NCBI GenBank assembly: GCA_029351405.1
Contig: GCA_029351405.1_4841.1
Source: Escherichia coli
GTDB lineage: Bacteria; Pseudomonadota; Gammaproteobacteria; Enterobacterales; Enterobacteriaceae
DNA length: 64,000 bases
Reading direction: 5' to 3' (one strand)
In this document: piece after piece, positions 18,468 through 27,899 of the stretch
Layout: each line of letters opens with the position of its first letter
Position numbering within the stretch: the stretch's first letter is position 1
Notes under the pieces: generated by a model
What the model was told of the DNA's origin: nothing
The model's database searches: none
The model's input: only the letters and a program-made list of their open reading frames with translations
Translations under genes and position numbers: made by a program

Positions 18468-19530
18468 GGTCCATTTGCTCCAGCATGTTAGCAGGCATAA
18501 CAGTACCGTTAGAAACACCGAACATTTTCTTCACGTCATCGGCGAAGTTGACATTCTCCAGCAGCGGATACCAGAAATCATCACCCATCTGACGCTTCTG
18601 ATATTTCTTTTCCTTCTCAGGATCGAAACCACCCTTGGCTGTACGCACATACCAGCCGGAAGACGGCATATCAACATAACCCAGAGCACGAGCGATCTCA
18701 AGCAGGCCGCTCCAGCGATCAATACCACCGTTGTACAGTACCGTCACAGGGAGCTTGGCTTTCTCTTTGACATGGCGACCTTTCATGATGCTTATGTTGA
18801 AGTTCCAGCCCAGCAGATCTTTGTCTTCCTTCACCTGAGAACGGGTGATAAACCAGATCAAGTTGGATGATAAGAAGCCCTGCTTGCCGCCTTTGATGTT
18901 AGGCTCGGCATACTGGTTGCCGATCTCATCGTAATAGGAGTTGATCCAAACACACACGAGATTTTTGCTGTTGATTTCAGGAGTCATGACACGCCAGAAG
19001 CTGTTGAGGGCACGGGCGCGGGTCATGTCTTGAGTGTCGTTCCCTTTGATCGCATCTTCAACTTCCTTGGTGGAGGGAAGTTGGCTGATAGAGTCGATGA
19101 AGATTATAACATGGTCGCCTTTCTTGACTTCCTGTAGGATCTGCAGCAAGCGGATCTTGGTCTGTTCAACGTTGTCGATCGGTACGTACAGGACGCGGTC
19201 CATGTCAATGCCCATAGAGGTCCAGTAATCAGCGTTGGCACCCTTTTCCGAGTCAGCAAATACACAGATAGCATCAGGGAACTTGTCCATATAAGCCTTG
19301 ACGTCCACCAGACCGAACATCGTTTTGAAGGTACGGGAATCACCCACCATCATCTTGATACCGGAGATCAGGCCGCCGTCAATACGCCCAGACCATGCGA
19401 TGTCGATCAGGGGAATACCAGTAGAACATATGATAGACGGTTCCAGAGCGTCTGATTGGGACAGTACTGAAGCCTGGTCGTCATGTTTCTTGGCAACCTT
19501 CAGCATGCGGTCCATTAATGAACTGGCCAT
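18445..19530 (-). CDS. uvsX: UvsX / RecA-like recombinase
   Basis: RecA-fold ATPase core with P-loop-like GDSRTFKT and overall UvsX-like layout, 361 aa. Confidence 0.8.
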   Translation of the reverse strand: MASSLMDRMLKVAKKHDDQASVLSQSDALEPSIICSTGIPLIDIAWSGRIDGGLISGIKMMVGDSRTFKTMFGLVDVKAYMDKFPDAICVFADSEKGANADYWTSMGIDMDRVLYVPIDNVEQTKIRLLQILQEVKKGDHVIIFIDSISQLPSTKEVEDAIKGNDTQDMTRARALNSFWRVMTPEINSKNLVCVWINSYYDEIGNQYAEPNIKGGKQGFLSSNLIWFITRSQVKEDKDLLGWNFNISIMKGRHVKEKAKLPVTVLYNGGIDRWSGLLEIARALGYVDMPSSGWYVRTAKGGFDPEKEKKYQKRQMGDDFWYPLLENVNFADDVKKMFGVSNGTVMPANMLEQMDHVINTSE

Positions 19531-20057
19531 TTCACTTCCTCTTTGTTGTTAATCGTCGTTAGTAAGTCTACACCCATAACCTTCTGGGACAAAATGTTAA
19601 CCGCCTCTTGGATGCTCTTCAGGGACATTGTCTCAACAAGCGACGATGCGTCATTATGCCGGTCGGTTAGGTACATATTGCGCAGATTGTTGTAGTTCGT
19701 GCGGTTGATGCACGCAGTGTTCAGTGCTATATTCAGGATATACATTATCTGTTCAATGGTTACATCCTTTGGCATAGCGTGGATGTAATAGATCGAGCCT
19801 TCAAAATAGACGTCTACCAGTTCATCTGGTATCTTGATGCCACCACTGGCATACTCTTCGATCATTCTGAACAGAGACTCTGGTTGCTCGCTGGCGATCT
19901 TATGCGTAACAGTCGCCGAAAGACCGTCGCCCGGTTTAACAGGCCTGTTGTATTCAGTAAGGAATACATTATGGCCGCCGCCGATGATGTGCTCGGCGAA
20001 TTTGGAGGATGCCTGAGCAGCGTTCTCCGCATGGTATGAAACGACGACTGTAAACAT
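19515..20057 (-). CDS. hypothetical protein
   Basis: 180 aa ORF, no recognised motif. Confidence 0.45.
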   Translation of the reverse strand: MFTVVVSYHAENAAQASSKFAEHIIGGGHNVFLTEYNRPVKPGDGLSATVTHKIASEQPESLFRMIEEYASGGIKIPDELVDVYFEGSIYYIHAMPKDVTIEQIMYILNIALNTACINRTNYNNLRNMYLTDRHNDASSLVETMSLKSIQEAVNILSQKVMGVDLLTTINNKEEVKWPVH

Positions 20058-20611
20058 TAGAACTCCAGGGTCAGAGGGGTTTCTGCGGACTTGTCGTAAT
20101 CCGCGCCACCAGAAGCACGCAGACGATTGCGATCGTTCTTGCGCTTGTGCGCCAGTATGTAAGTCTCAATGTCGATCTCCATATAAGAACACGCAGACGA
20201 CAGGAAGAACATGAGAGTCTCAACGCAAGGATCGTTCATGAATTGCCCAAGGCGGTACGTAACATTGCGATGCCTTGCAACACCCAAAGCAGGTGGGGTG
20301 AATTCGCGATTACTGAGGACTTCAAATTCTTCTTCGATCTCGCCTTTGGTGCGGTCCACAAGGATGAAGCACAACATGAAGTGTACCACGTCCACCAGTT
20401 CATAAACTGCGTTCGTATGGTCAAACCCGATGTCGTTGCCATAGACCTTCCAGTCACGGGTGGTTTCATCAAGGAACTCTGCCCACTCACGATAGATAGA
20501 GTTGATGACTGCGTTCTGACTCCATACATTCTTCCACTCTTCCCCAAAGTAGGCCACGTTAGTGGCCTTTTGGAGTTCGAGCAGGCTTTTGATATGCCCT
20601 GCTGTGATCAT
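20057..20611 (-). CDS. all-alpha NTP pyrophosphatase (MazG / dimeric dUTPase-dCTPase-like, putative)
   Basis: Helical protein with acidic E-x2-E / W-containing segments (REWAEFLDETTRDW) typical of all-alpha NTP-PPases. Confidence 0.4.
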   Translation of the reverse strand: MITAGHIKSLLELQKATNVAYFGEEWKNVWSQNAVINSIYREWAEFLDETTRDWKVYGNDIGFDHTNAVYELVDVVHFMLCFILVDRTKGEIEEEFEVLSNREFTPPALGVARHRNVTYRLGQFMNDPCVETLMFFLSSACSYMEIDIETYILAHKRKNDRNRLRASGGADYDKSAETPLTLEF

Positions 20612-21177
20612 TTACGTTCTCCGTAGAATTTAACGAACGGTTCCCAACCATCAAATGGATTGAGGAATTCGTAGTCCACTTTCATTTGGTCAATGAAAGC
20701 CTCTATATCGTCCTCTATGATACCAGCACGATCAGCCTTTGAAATACGGGTGATAGGGCATTTCGTACTCAGCGCCCATTCATATTCCTGAGGGGTACGC
20801 AGATCGCTCACGATATAATGGACGTGGGGGTTCTGCTCTACCAGAGGAAGCTGGAAGCGCTTGAAGAATGCCAGGAACAGATCGGGTTGTACGTAACGCA
20901 AGCCCGTATCGCTGCCTAGATGAAGCCAGATCTGCCGGGGAGTTAAGCCCTTGGGGTTATCAGGGTGCACGTAAGGAACGTCCTTCACGGCATCCTCTAC
21001 CTCCGCTGGTAGCCATGGATAGATGAAGTTGGCAACCCGGCGCAGTTCATCTGAGAACGAAAGGCGCTGGATATCCATATCACCCTGTAGATGGTGATAG
21101 CTGATGAGGGACTCCAAACAGAAGTCCTTACCGGAGCGCTTGCGCCCCGTAAAGAATTCAAGATTTGGGTACATCAT
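20608..21177 (-). CDS. deoxynucleoside monophosphate kinase (T4 gp1-like)
   Basis: N-terminal P-loop variant GRKRSGKD matching the dNMP kinase signature. Confidence 0.6.
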   Translation of the reverse strand: MMYPNLEFFTGRKRSGKDFCLESLISYHHLQGDMDIQRLSFSDELRRVANFIYPWLPAEVEDAVKDVPYVHPDNPKGLTPRQIWLHLGSDTGLRYVQPDLFLAFFKRFQLPLVEQNPHVHYIVSDLRTPQEYEWALSTKCPITRISKADRAGIIEDDIEAFIDQMKVDYEFLNPFDGWEPFVKFYGERK

Positions 21178-22220
21178 ACTACACCTTCCAGGAACTTAGG
21201 ATCAACGATCTTGCGGTCAACCGGGGAATGGGTGAGCGCGGCGTTCAATCCATGATCCTGAATCAGGTCCAGGTTAATGAGCTTGTTATTCAATTTGCAG
21301 TGCAGGCAGTATGCCATCTGCACAATCAGACCGCGATCCGCATCATACTCCTTCAGGAAGGCAACAACAGTTTCCCAAGGACTACCGAAGTCACAATGAA
21401 CAAGCACGCCAGTGAACAGATCGCGGATATGGTTCTGGTTGGTCACGTTCGTGAAGTGGATCATGGAGTTGATGAACCCAGCTTCTACTTTGGTGTCCTT
21501 CGTGATCTTGCCCAGCTGCTTCTGGCTGACTTCATTGTTGTAGTAATGAAGATTGTTGGAGAAGAGCTTGTACTGGCCGACGTCAACATCCAACACCCGA
21601 GCAATCACTTCCTGAAGAATAGAGAACTCAATGAAGTTGATTGAACTCATACCCCACAGAACATCCTGTGAGCGATTGATAACCGTCAGGTTCAGGCGAC
21701 CTTCAACGATGGCGAACAACAGAGCCAGGTTACACACCATGTCCTTGGTCTTTGCTTCGCCACTCTCACTGAACTTCGCCAGACCAGCATCTGAATCCAG
21801 AGCCGGATCATAGATGGTGAGGTACGCCTGGCGAGTGTTTGGATTCTTGCGCAGGCGGTTGATGACGCTATCCAGCTGGCCATGGGCGTACAGACGCGGA
21901 CCATAAGCGGCTCGCCATGTGTGGCCGTTGTCGGAAAAGTTGGCGGCGCGGGGCAACACGCGGGACAGGAAGCGAACGTCATCGCGCCCGGACAGAACCC
22001 AGAAGGTCTCGCCGATGGCGGCGATAGCCGATGAGTTACGACCTTCAACGGATAGCCAGCGGTCACGGATGTCGGCGACGGTTATGGTCACGCCATCAAG
22101 GAAGCGGGTGCTATCAGTATTGATTTCAGCATTACCAGGATCAGATTCGATCCCGAATTCACGGATAGCCAAGACAGCCTGTTTCAGCATGTCATTGTTG
22201 TTTATTGCTTTGATTTCCAT
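21174..22220 (-). CDS. thymidylate synthase-family enzyme (TS or pyrimidine hydroxymethylase)
   Basis: ThyA-family motifs: RQAYLTIYDP, Cys-containing VCN segment, NRSQDVLWGMSSINFIEFSILQ; 348 aa with C-terminal extension. Confidence 0.7.
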   Translation of the reverse strand: MEIKAINNNDMLKQAVLAIREFGIESDPGNAEINTDSTRFLDGVTITVADIRDRWLSVEGRNSSAIAAIGETFWVLSGRDDVRFLSRVLPRAANFSDNGHTWRAAYGPRLYAHGQLDSVINRLRKNPNTRQAYLTIYDPALDSDAGLAKFSESGEAKTKDMVCNLALLFAIVEGRLNLTVINRSQDVLWGMSSINFIEFSILQEVIARVLDVDVGQYKLFSNNLHYYNNEVSQKQLGKITKDTKVEAGFINSMIHFTNVTNQNHIRDLFTGVLVHCDFGSPWETVVAFLKEYDADRGLIVQMAYCLHCKLNNKLINLDLIQDHGLNAALTHSPVDRKIVDPKFLEGVV

Positions 22221-22879
22221 CAGATACTCCCAAAATCACGACAGAGGAATGCCATCACAGCCTGGTCTACTGTTAGGCCGTGAGACTTCATCATACCCGC
22301 AGCCACCGTAGGGAACAAGTCTTTATGTCGTTGACGATGGTCATGAACTCTCTCCCACTTCTCGACCACCAGACTTTCATTGAAATCCACACCGCCGTTG
22401 CGTGATTTAACGCGGGTGATACACGTTTCAAGAGGAGTGTCCATAAAGAGCACAACCAATTCACGTGGTGGGCGTGTCAGGCGGGGGATCCAAGAACTCA
22501 ATAATGTGGATGGAATGATACCTTCGAAAATCACATCATATTTCAAGTATTCTGGTTGGTCAGCAATAGACAACGCGAACAACATCTGCTCAGTGTCCTT
22601 CAGGGAATCAACCCCCTTGGACTTCGACTTGTCATATTTACCGATACAGACCACGTTGAACGAAGGACAGACAGTCAGCATGACCTTGCCGTTATGGGTC
22701 ACGACATACGCCTGAGGATCCCTCTCCGCCAGCTGAGACGGCACAGTGGATTTACCGCTACCATTGGAGCCTTTGACGTAGTAGATTTGCCCTCGTGCTG
22801 GGTATATCCCCTTCACAACAGGTGGTTTAAAGAATGTGTGGACGGGGCGCTTCATCAGCCCCTTCAGGGAGTAGGACAT
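22220..22879 (-). CDS. P-loop kinase (candidate nucleotide / DNA-base kinase)
   Basis: Walker A GSNGSGKST; start at internal ATG with GGAG ribosome-binding site; abuts ThyA-family gene. Confidence 0.5.
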   Translation of the reverse strand: MSYSLKGLMKRPVHTFFKPPVVKGIYPARGQIYYVKGSNGSGKSTVPSQLAERDPQAYVVTHNGKVMLTVCPSFNVVCIGKYDKSKSKGVDSLKDTEQMLFALSIADQPEYLKYDVIFEGIIPSTLLSSWIPRLTRPPRELVVLFMDTPLETCITRVKSRNGGVDFNESLVVEKWERVHDHRQRHKDLFPTVAAGMMKSHGLTVDQAVMAFLCRDFGSI

Positions 22880-22894
22880 AGACTGCTCCAATAA

Positions 22895-22923
22895 ACAAAA
22901 GGAGCTGCTATTATAGCAGCCCC
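22895..22923 (-). terminator. rho-independent terminator
   Basis: GCTGCTA-loop-TAGCAGC hairpin followed by TTTTGTTTATT on minus strand, after stop of 22955..23776. Confidence 0.5.
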
Positions 22924-22954
22924 TTCATCTATTGAACAGTTTCTGAACTTAAAT

Positions 22955-23776
22955 TTACACAGCTTTCGCTTCAGCCAGAGCCTGTGGAAGCCATTCATTG
23001 ATCGCCTTAACCAGAGACTCAGCATCAGACTCTTTGATCTTCTGACGTTTGGTGAAGGACTTGCCGTTTACGTACAGACTGAAGCCCCAGCCACCGGAAA
23101 CGATAGGCGCAACGTCGACATACGTATTGGTGCGGGCGTGAAGGTTTTCAGGGTTAGCCAGTTCGGTGACCGGGAACTGGAACCAACGCATGTCTGGGTT
23201 CACGTAGCTCAGGAACACGCCGGGGACAACACCAGCTTCAATCGCCGCCAAGACCGGACCGTGATTAGAAGCGCGAGCCAAGTCAACCATTTCCTCACGT
23301 TTGGTGTGACGGCGTTTACGCTCTACCAGCGCTGCCTGCGGGGTCAGGGTCTTACCCTTCGATGCTTCTTTCAACATAGAAGACGCCAAGGAGCCGATTT
23401 TCGCGTCGGACGGCTGATTGCCTTCTTCCAGCGCCGCGTTGACTGCATCTTGAACCGCGTCTACTGGGGCTTCACAAGCATCGGCAGAGATCGGTGCTTC
23501 AGCATCAACGGTTTCAGCGACTTTCAGGGATACTTCAGCTTGGGCTTGCTCTTGGGCTTGCGCCAGAGCCTGCTGAGTTTCTTCCTTCTCTTCGGCGCTC
23601 AGACCTTCAATCAGTTCGAAGCCGTTGGCAGCCTGAAGAACACCTTCAACCATACGGCGCAGGGTAACGTTTCCGATGATCAGACCTGCTTCTTTGATTT
23701 CAGCCTGAATAGCAGCAACGTCTTTGCCTTCAATTTCAATTTTGGTTCCAGAATCCACATGAAGAATATATGACAT
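22955..23776 (-). CDS. hypothetical protein with acidic low-complexity centre
   Basis: 273 aa; E/Q/A-rich repeat-like segment (EEKEETQQALAQAQEQAQAE); own promoter and terminator. Confidence 0.5.
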   Translation of the reverse strand: MSYILHVDSGTKIEIEGKDVAAIQAEIKEAGLIIGNVTLRRMVEGVLQAANGFELIEGLSAEEKEETQQALAQAQEQAQAEVSLKVAETVDAEAPISADACEAPVDAVQDAVNAALEEGNQPSDAKIGSLASSMLKEASKGKTLTPQAALVERKRRHTKREEMVDLARASNHGPVLAAIEAGVVPGVFLSYVNPDMRWFQFPVTELANPENLHARTNTYVDVAPIVSGGWGFSLYVNGKSFTKRQKIKESDAESLVKAINEWLPQALAEAKAV

Positions 23777-23844
23777 AATAAAAACCCTTTCGTTATTAAG
23801 ACCGTATCCGCGGCATATTGTTGTTCTGACTGTGTAGTGAGAAC

Positions 23845-23873
23845 ATAATATACTGCATTTTCATAGATGTAAA
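23845..23873 (-). promoter_or_regulatory. sigma70 / T4-early-type promoter
   Basis: Minus-strand TTTACA -35, 17-nt spacer, TATTAT -10, about 65 nt upstream of ATG at 23776. Confidence 0.5.
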
Positions 23874-23965
23874 CTACTTTTTATTGAAAAGAAAGTTAAC
23901 ACCTTAGTGTTATAAGGTGCGCGACCAAGCGGAGCGCGAACTTGCGTGAATATTAACTTTCTACG

Positions 23966-24241
23966 TCAATATAGAAAAACCATTTCCGGTGGCCAACAAT
24001 TTGTTAGCTCGACTTTTGCGAACCGTGGTTGGCAGTACGCATCAACCGACTCATCAAACAGACAGTGTTCTACATTTGCAATCATCAGATCATCATCCAC
24101 CACTTCAACAGAATGGACAATGATCTTGTGGTCATACGTCAGGCAACCGTCTAAATGCATGTTGTCAGCGCGGAGGTGTTGCATGATGAAATACTCTATG
24201 ATCGACTCAAGGACAGTCGTCAGCTTCAGATAACGTTTCAT
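23966..24241 (-). CDS. hypothetical protein (91 aa)
   Basis: ORF with GAGAGGTG ribosome-binding site, co-oriented with neighbours. Confidence 0.4.
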   Translation of the reverse strand: MKRYLKLTTVLESIIEYFIMQHLRADNMHLDGCLTYDHKIIVHSVEVVDDDLMIANVEHCLFDESVDAYCQPRFAKVELTNCWPPEMVFLY

Positions 24242-24261
24242 ACACACCTCTCACATTGGAG

Positions 24262-25011
24262 TTATTTGGACAGATAGAAGTTTGGAACTTCAGGGAAATG
24301 CTCTGGTAGATATCCCACCAGAACATCCTGTTTCACCTTCCCTTCGATATCTTCGCGGATACGACGAATCACATCTTCCTGTTGTTCTGCTGCCATCACT
24401 TCTTCCATGGCTGAGTACAAGTTTTCTAGAATGACACCTACGTAGTTGTGGATGGCACGACAGGAGTTCTGATCATACTCCATATCCGGATGAATCGCCA
24501 GGTCGACCTGATCACGCCCTACCAGCAGATGCCCAGACACCAGATTTATCGGGTATTTGAATACTTCACCAGATTTGACAGCAACTCCGTCGGCTTGCTT
24601 CAGCAGGAATTCGGTTTCAGAGAAGCGTTCAAGTAGTTCCGATGGGAATACCATATCGAGATTCTGATGTTTACGACCAAAGAAGTACAGACAATGCGCC
24701 AGTTTCAGGCATGCATCGGTGGCCATCTTCATGTGTGCTTTAGCGTGTTCATAACCAGCGATCACATCACGGACATAATCGTACAGGTCGGAATGACCAA
24801 AACGGATGTCCTCTTCGAAGCGGATTGCTGTTTCACTGTCCGGTTTCACACCCAGAACATCGAAAATATTTTGTTCACGAACGGATCTGCCGTTTCGATC
24901 GAAACCCAGAACGCAACCGACTTCGAATCCACTCTTTTCAAAATTTGGGAGTTTCATATCAAGGCGAGCTGGGGTAAACTCTAACCCGAACATACGATAA
25001 ATTTGTGACAT
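24262..25011 (-). CDS. hypothetical protein
   Basis: 249 aa ORF, no recognised motif. Confidence 0.5.
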   Translation of the reverse strand: MSQIYRMFGLEFTPARLDMKLPNFEKSGFEVGCVLGFDRNGRSVREQNIFDVLGVKPDSETAIRFEEDIRFGHSDLYDYVRDVIAGYEHAKAHMKMATDACLKLAHCLYFFGRKHQNLDMVFPSELLERFSETEFLLKQADGVAVKSGEVFKYPINLVSGHLLVGRDQVDLAIHPDMEYDQNSCRAIHNYVGVILENLYSAMEEVMAAEQQEDVIRRIREDIEGKVKQDVLVGYLPEHFPEVPNFYLSK

Positions 25012-25073
25012 GTTATAGCCTCATCATTTAGGATTACCTGTTCACGAATTATCCCTCGGAACGGGTTATAGAA

Positions 25074-25778
25074 CTATTTCTTCTTATGCATACGACGTGC
25101 ATCTTTCCACACAGACATCTGGCTCTGTTTCTGGAAGCGGGCAGTGCGCATGAAGAGAACGATCTCCCAGTACTGTGGCTCAATCTCGTAAAGCTGTGAA
25201 CGGAACTGATCGGCGCGGTACAGCTTCACACAGTGATTGTACAGCGGATGGTTGGCGAAGCGCTTCAGGGCTTCCCAGGTGAGCTTCAGACGCGTCTTCG
25301 AGCGGTATGCCCGTTCGTTACGCAACTTGATCAGATCCTCAAACACCAACAGCCTGAGCTTCGGTGGCAGGTAGTGCATGTTGAGTCCCCAGAGGTATGT
25401 CACACCCTTCTCTCCAAAGGTGATACCATCACCCTTGACAAAGTTGAAGAAGAACACCAGAGGGTACATATCCCAGTAGGGTAGTTCATTCTTCGTCAGA
25501 GCATCATATTTGAAATAGAACATACGCCCGACTATATACCGCACACCTTGTACCGGACGTTTATGATCAGCGAATGCCTGTTTCATATGGTTGGGACTCA
25601 GGTTGGCGTCCTTAGACACACGCTCCATGAACCACAAATGCGAACGGCGGATGTTACGCTTCGCCTCTGGGCCGAAGTGTTGACGGTACTTGCGGATGTA
25701 ACGCTTGACCAGCTCGGGGGCGTCCATCTCGGCCGGAAACAGCAACGGATCTTCTTCGCCAGCTGCATTCTTTGCCAT
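25074..25778 (-). CDS. hypothetical protein
   Basis: 234 aa ORF, basic C-terminus, no recognised motif. Confidence 0.5.
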   Translation of the reverse strand: MAKNAAGEEDPLLFPAEMDAPELVKRYIRKYRQHFGPEAKRNIRRSHLWFMERVSKDANLSPNHMKQAFADHKRPVQGVRYIVGRMFYFKYDALTKNELPYWDMYPLVFFFNFVKGDGITFGEKGVTYLWGLNMHYLPPKLRLLVFEDLIKLRNERAYRSKTRLKLTWEALKRFANHPLYNHCVKLYRADQFRSQLYEIEPQYWEIVLFMRTARFQKQSQMSVWKDARRMHKKK

Positions 25779-25789
25779 TTGTCAACTCC

Positions 25790-25798
25790 TATAAATAA
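25790..25798 (+). promoter_or_regulatory. T4-type late promoter (TATAAATA)
   Basis: Exact TATAAATA about 34 nt upstream of GTG start at 25832; GGAG ribosome-binding site between. Confidence 0.6.
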
Positions 25799-25831
25799 TA
25801 ACAGTTATTTTATTTAAGTGGAGTCCTCATC

Positions 25832-26776
25832 GTGGAAGACTATCGCAATTTTATCACACAGATGTTACAGCGGGGCTTGTCGCGCAAGAACCGCTTCAGA
25901 GTGACCATCCCTCTACCACCAGGGATCTTTGATTCCAATGCCACTCTGGCTAATGACGGAAAGGCGTACAGAACCAATTCATCTTTCGGCGACTTGTTTA
26001 AGCAGTCAGCCCGTATTGTAAACGCTTTCTTTGGAGGGACAAACCAGACGTCCCGTTCCCTTCAGATGATGTGTATGGTTGCCTCATTGCCAGGGGTTGG
26101 TATCGACACCACTCCAATGACAAGCAACGGTAATCACATCAAGATGCCGAACAACAAGTCCAACGTCGACCTCGACTTGTCATTCTTATTAGCCAATGAC
26201 TATTATGAGAAGTCTGTGATGGACAAGTGGAAGAGTCTGATCTTTGATCCACACACCACCAAAATGGGATATTACGAAGACTTCGTGACTGACATATGCA
26301 TTGAACAGCTTGACACCGAAGATCAAGTGGTCCACCGCGTCTACATCGTCGAGGCTCACCCAATAAATTTCAGTTCTATTGAGCTGGATAAAGGTGCCAC
26401 AGACCAGTTCAACCAGTACAACATTTCTTTCTCTTACAACAAAGTGCTTTCGGAGACAGAATATGAAACACGCAGCCTTTCCAGCGATTTTCTTCCTCTC
26501 GGCATTGCTGACGCTCTTACCAGTGGTGACTGGGAAACTGCGGCCTCAAAAGCCGGACAACTTTATCGCAAGGTGAAAGAAGGGAACTTCACAGGAGAGG
26601 CTCTCCTGGCTTACAAACAGCTTGACCAACTTGTAAACAACCTGGCTGGGATAAGCATACAGGACTTCGAGCGCATCTCGGTAGGTATCTCTCGTGACAT
26701 CATGGGTAACGATAACCTGACGGCGGCGGAGAAGACAAGCCTGTTGGGGTTATTGAAAGACGTGATGGGAAAATAA
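25832..26776 (+). CDS. late-expressed structural protein (baseplate/tail-tube family, tentative)
   Basis: 314 aa ORF (GTG start) directly downstream of late-promoter box; plus-strand gene in a minus-strand region. Confidence 0.5.
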   Translation: MEDYRNFITQMLQRGLSRKNRFRVTIPLPPGIFDSNATLANDGKAYRTNSSFGDLFKQSARIVNAFFGGTNQTSRSLQMMCMVASLPGVGIDTTPMTSNGNHIKMPNNKSNVDLDLSFLLANDYYEKSVMDKWKSLIFDPHTTKMGYYEDFVTDICIEQLDTEDQVVHRVYIVEAHPINFSSIELDKGATDQFNQYNISFSYNKVLSETEYETRSLSSDFLPLGIADALTSGDWETAASKAGQLYRKVKEGNFTGEALLAYKQLDQLVNNLAGISIQDFERISVGISRDIMGNDNLTAAEKTSLLGLLKDVMGK

Positions 26777-26802
26777 AAAGCCATCCGAAGATGGCTTGTT
26801 GA

Positions 26803-27813
26803 TCAGTTAGACTTGAGATACTGCTCGAATTCGTCAATGGAAGCCGTGTTTCTGGCATTCGGTTGAGCCTGAGCCTGAGACGGCGCGGCCTGTTGCTGTT
26901 TCAGGCTATCTTGAGCAGTTGGCTGATGCGTAGTCTGGGTGCTAGGAGCATGAGCCATCGTGGCTGCACCACCTTCAACCAGAGGCTGGTCATCAGGGAT
27001 TGCCAGAACTTTGCGCAGGCGCTTTTCCAGGGAGTCGTAGTCTTTGAAGTTAGCCGGATTGAAGAATTCAAACAGGCTGTGCTCGCGAGACCAGACGTCT
27101 TCCATATACGCTTCGTCATCACTCAGCGGGGCAGGGTTCTCCCACACCACCTTACTGAAGTTTGCCACCAGACCTTCCCAGTTCCCAAACTTCTTCTGCT
27201 CGCCAAAGAGCTTCAGGTTCAGGTTGGCACCTTCCCACAGATCGAACGGATCGAATTTAGGGTCGGTTGGGAACTTAGGATTCTGCGCCTGATCCAGGAT
27301 TTTCTTGATGGCGTTACCAAATTCCAGCAGGAAGACCTTGCCGTTGTTTTCCGGTACGTTGACATCTTTGATCACCAGAATGTTAGCGTAGTATTTGGTG
27401 TCGGGTAGACGTTTCTTCAGGATGTCCTTCAGCTTTTCGTCGTTCGTTTCTTTCTGCTGCGCCCACAGCGGACGGTCATGGTCGCGCACCGGATCGTCGT
27501 TACCGAACGTCTGAGGTGAGTTCTCAATATACCAACCACCAGGTCCCTGGAACTGATGCTTCATGATCATGGCACAAGGGGTAAGGATCTGATCTTTATC
27601 GATCGTTCCTTCTTCCTGTGCCTTGAGGTCTACCAGCGGGACTGGCAGGAAGCGGATGATGTTCTCAGAGATACCATCTTTGTTCCAAGTCCATTTCCAG
27701 ATGCGAGGATCCTTCTGGAAACCGGACTTCTGACCTTGCTGTGCAAGACGCGCCTGCATAGCTTCAGTTTGCTGGCCACGGGATGCTTTCAGACGATCGA
27801 ATAAATTACCCAT
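26803..27813 (-). CDS. single-stranded DNA-binding protein (gp32-like)
   Basis: gp32-like motifs IIRFLPVP and GGWYIEN in an OB-fold-like core; 336 aa. Confidence 0.8.
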   Translation of the reverse strand: MGNLFDRLKASRGQQTEAMQARLAQQGQKSGFQKDPRIWKWTWNKDGISENIIRFLPVPLVDLKAQEEGTIDKDQILTPCAMIMKHQFQGPGGWYIENSPQTFGNDDPVRDHDRPLWAQQKETNDEKLKDILKKRLPDTKYYANILVIKDVNVPENNGKVFLLEFGNAIKKILDQAQNPKFPTDPKFDPFDLWEGANLNLKLFGEQKKFGNWEGLVANFSKVVWENPAPLSDDEAYMEDVWSREHSLFEFFNPANFKDYDSLEKRLRKVLAIPDDQPLVEGGAATMAHAPSTQTTHQPTAQDSLKQQQAAPSQAQAQPNARNTASIDEFEQYLKSN

Positions 27814-27881
27814 TTCTTAATTTCCTCTGTTTCCGCCCCTCAGGGCTATTCTGTTACATGTATTTTCAGTTTGCTACAAAG

Positions 27882-27899
27882 CGGGGTAATTATACCCCG
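27882..27899 (-). promoter_or_regulatory. GC-clamped hairpin (GGGGTATAATTACCCC) in gp32 leader
   Basis: Stem CGGGG/CCCCG, loop carries TATAAT-like sequence; about 70 nt upstream of gp32 ATG. Confidence 0.4.

Noticed and set aside
23946-24233. 95-aa plus-strand ORF
   Set aside because: Overlaps the minus-strand ORF 23966..24241, which has a ribosome-binding site and matches local gene orientation; the plus frame has none.
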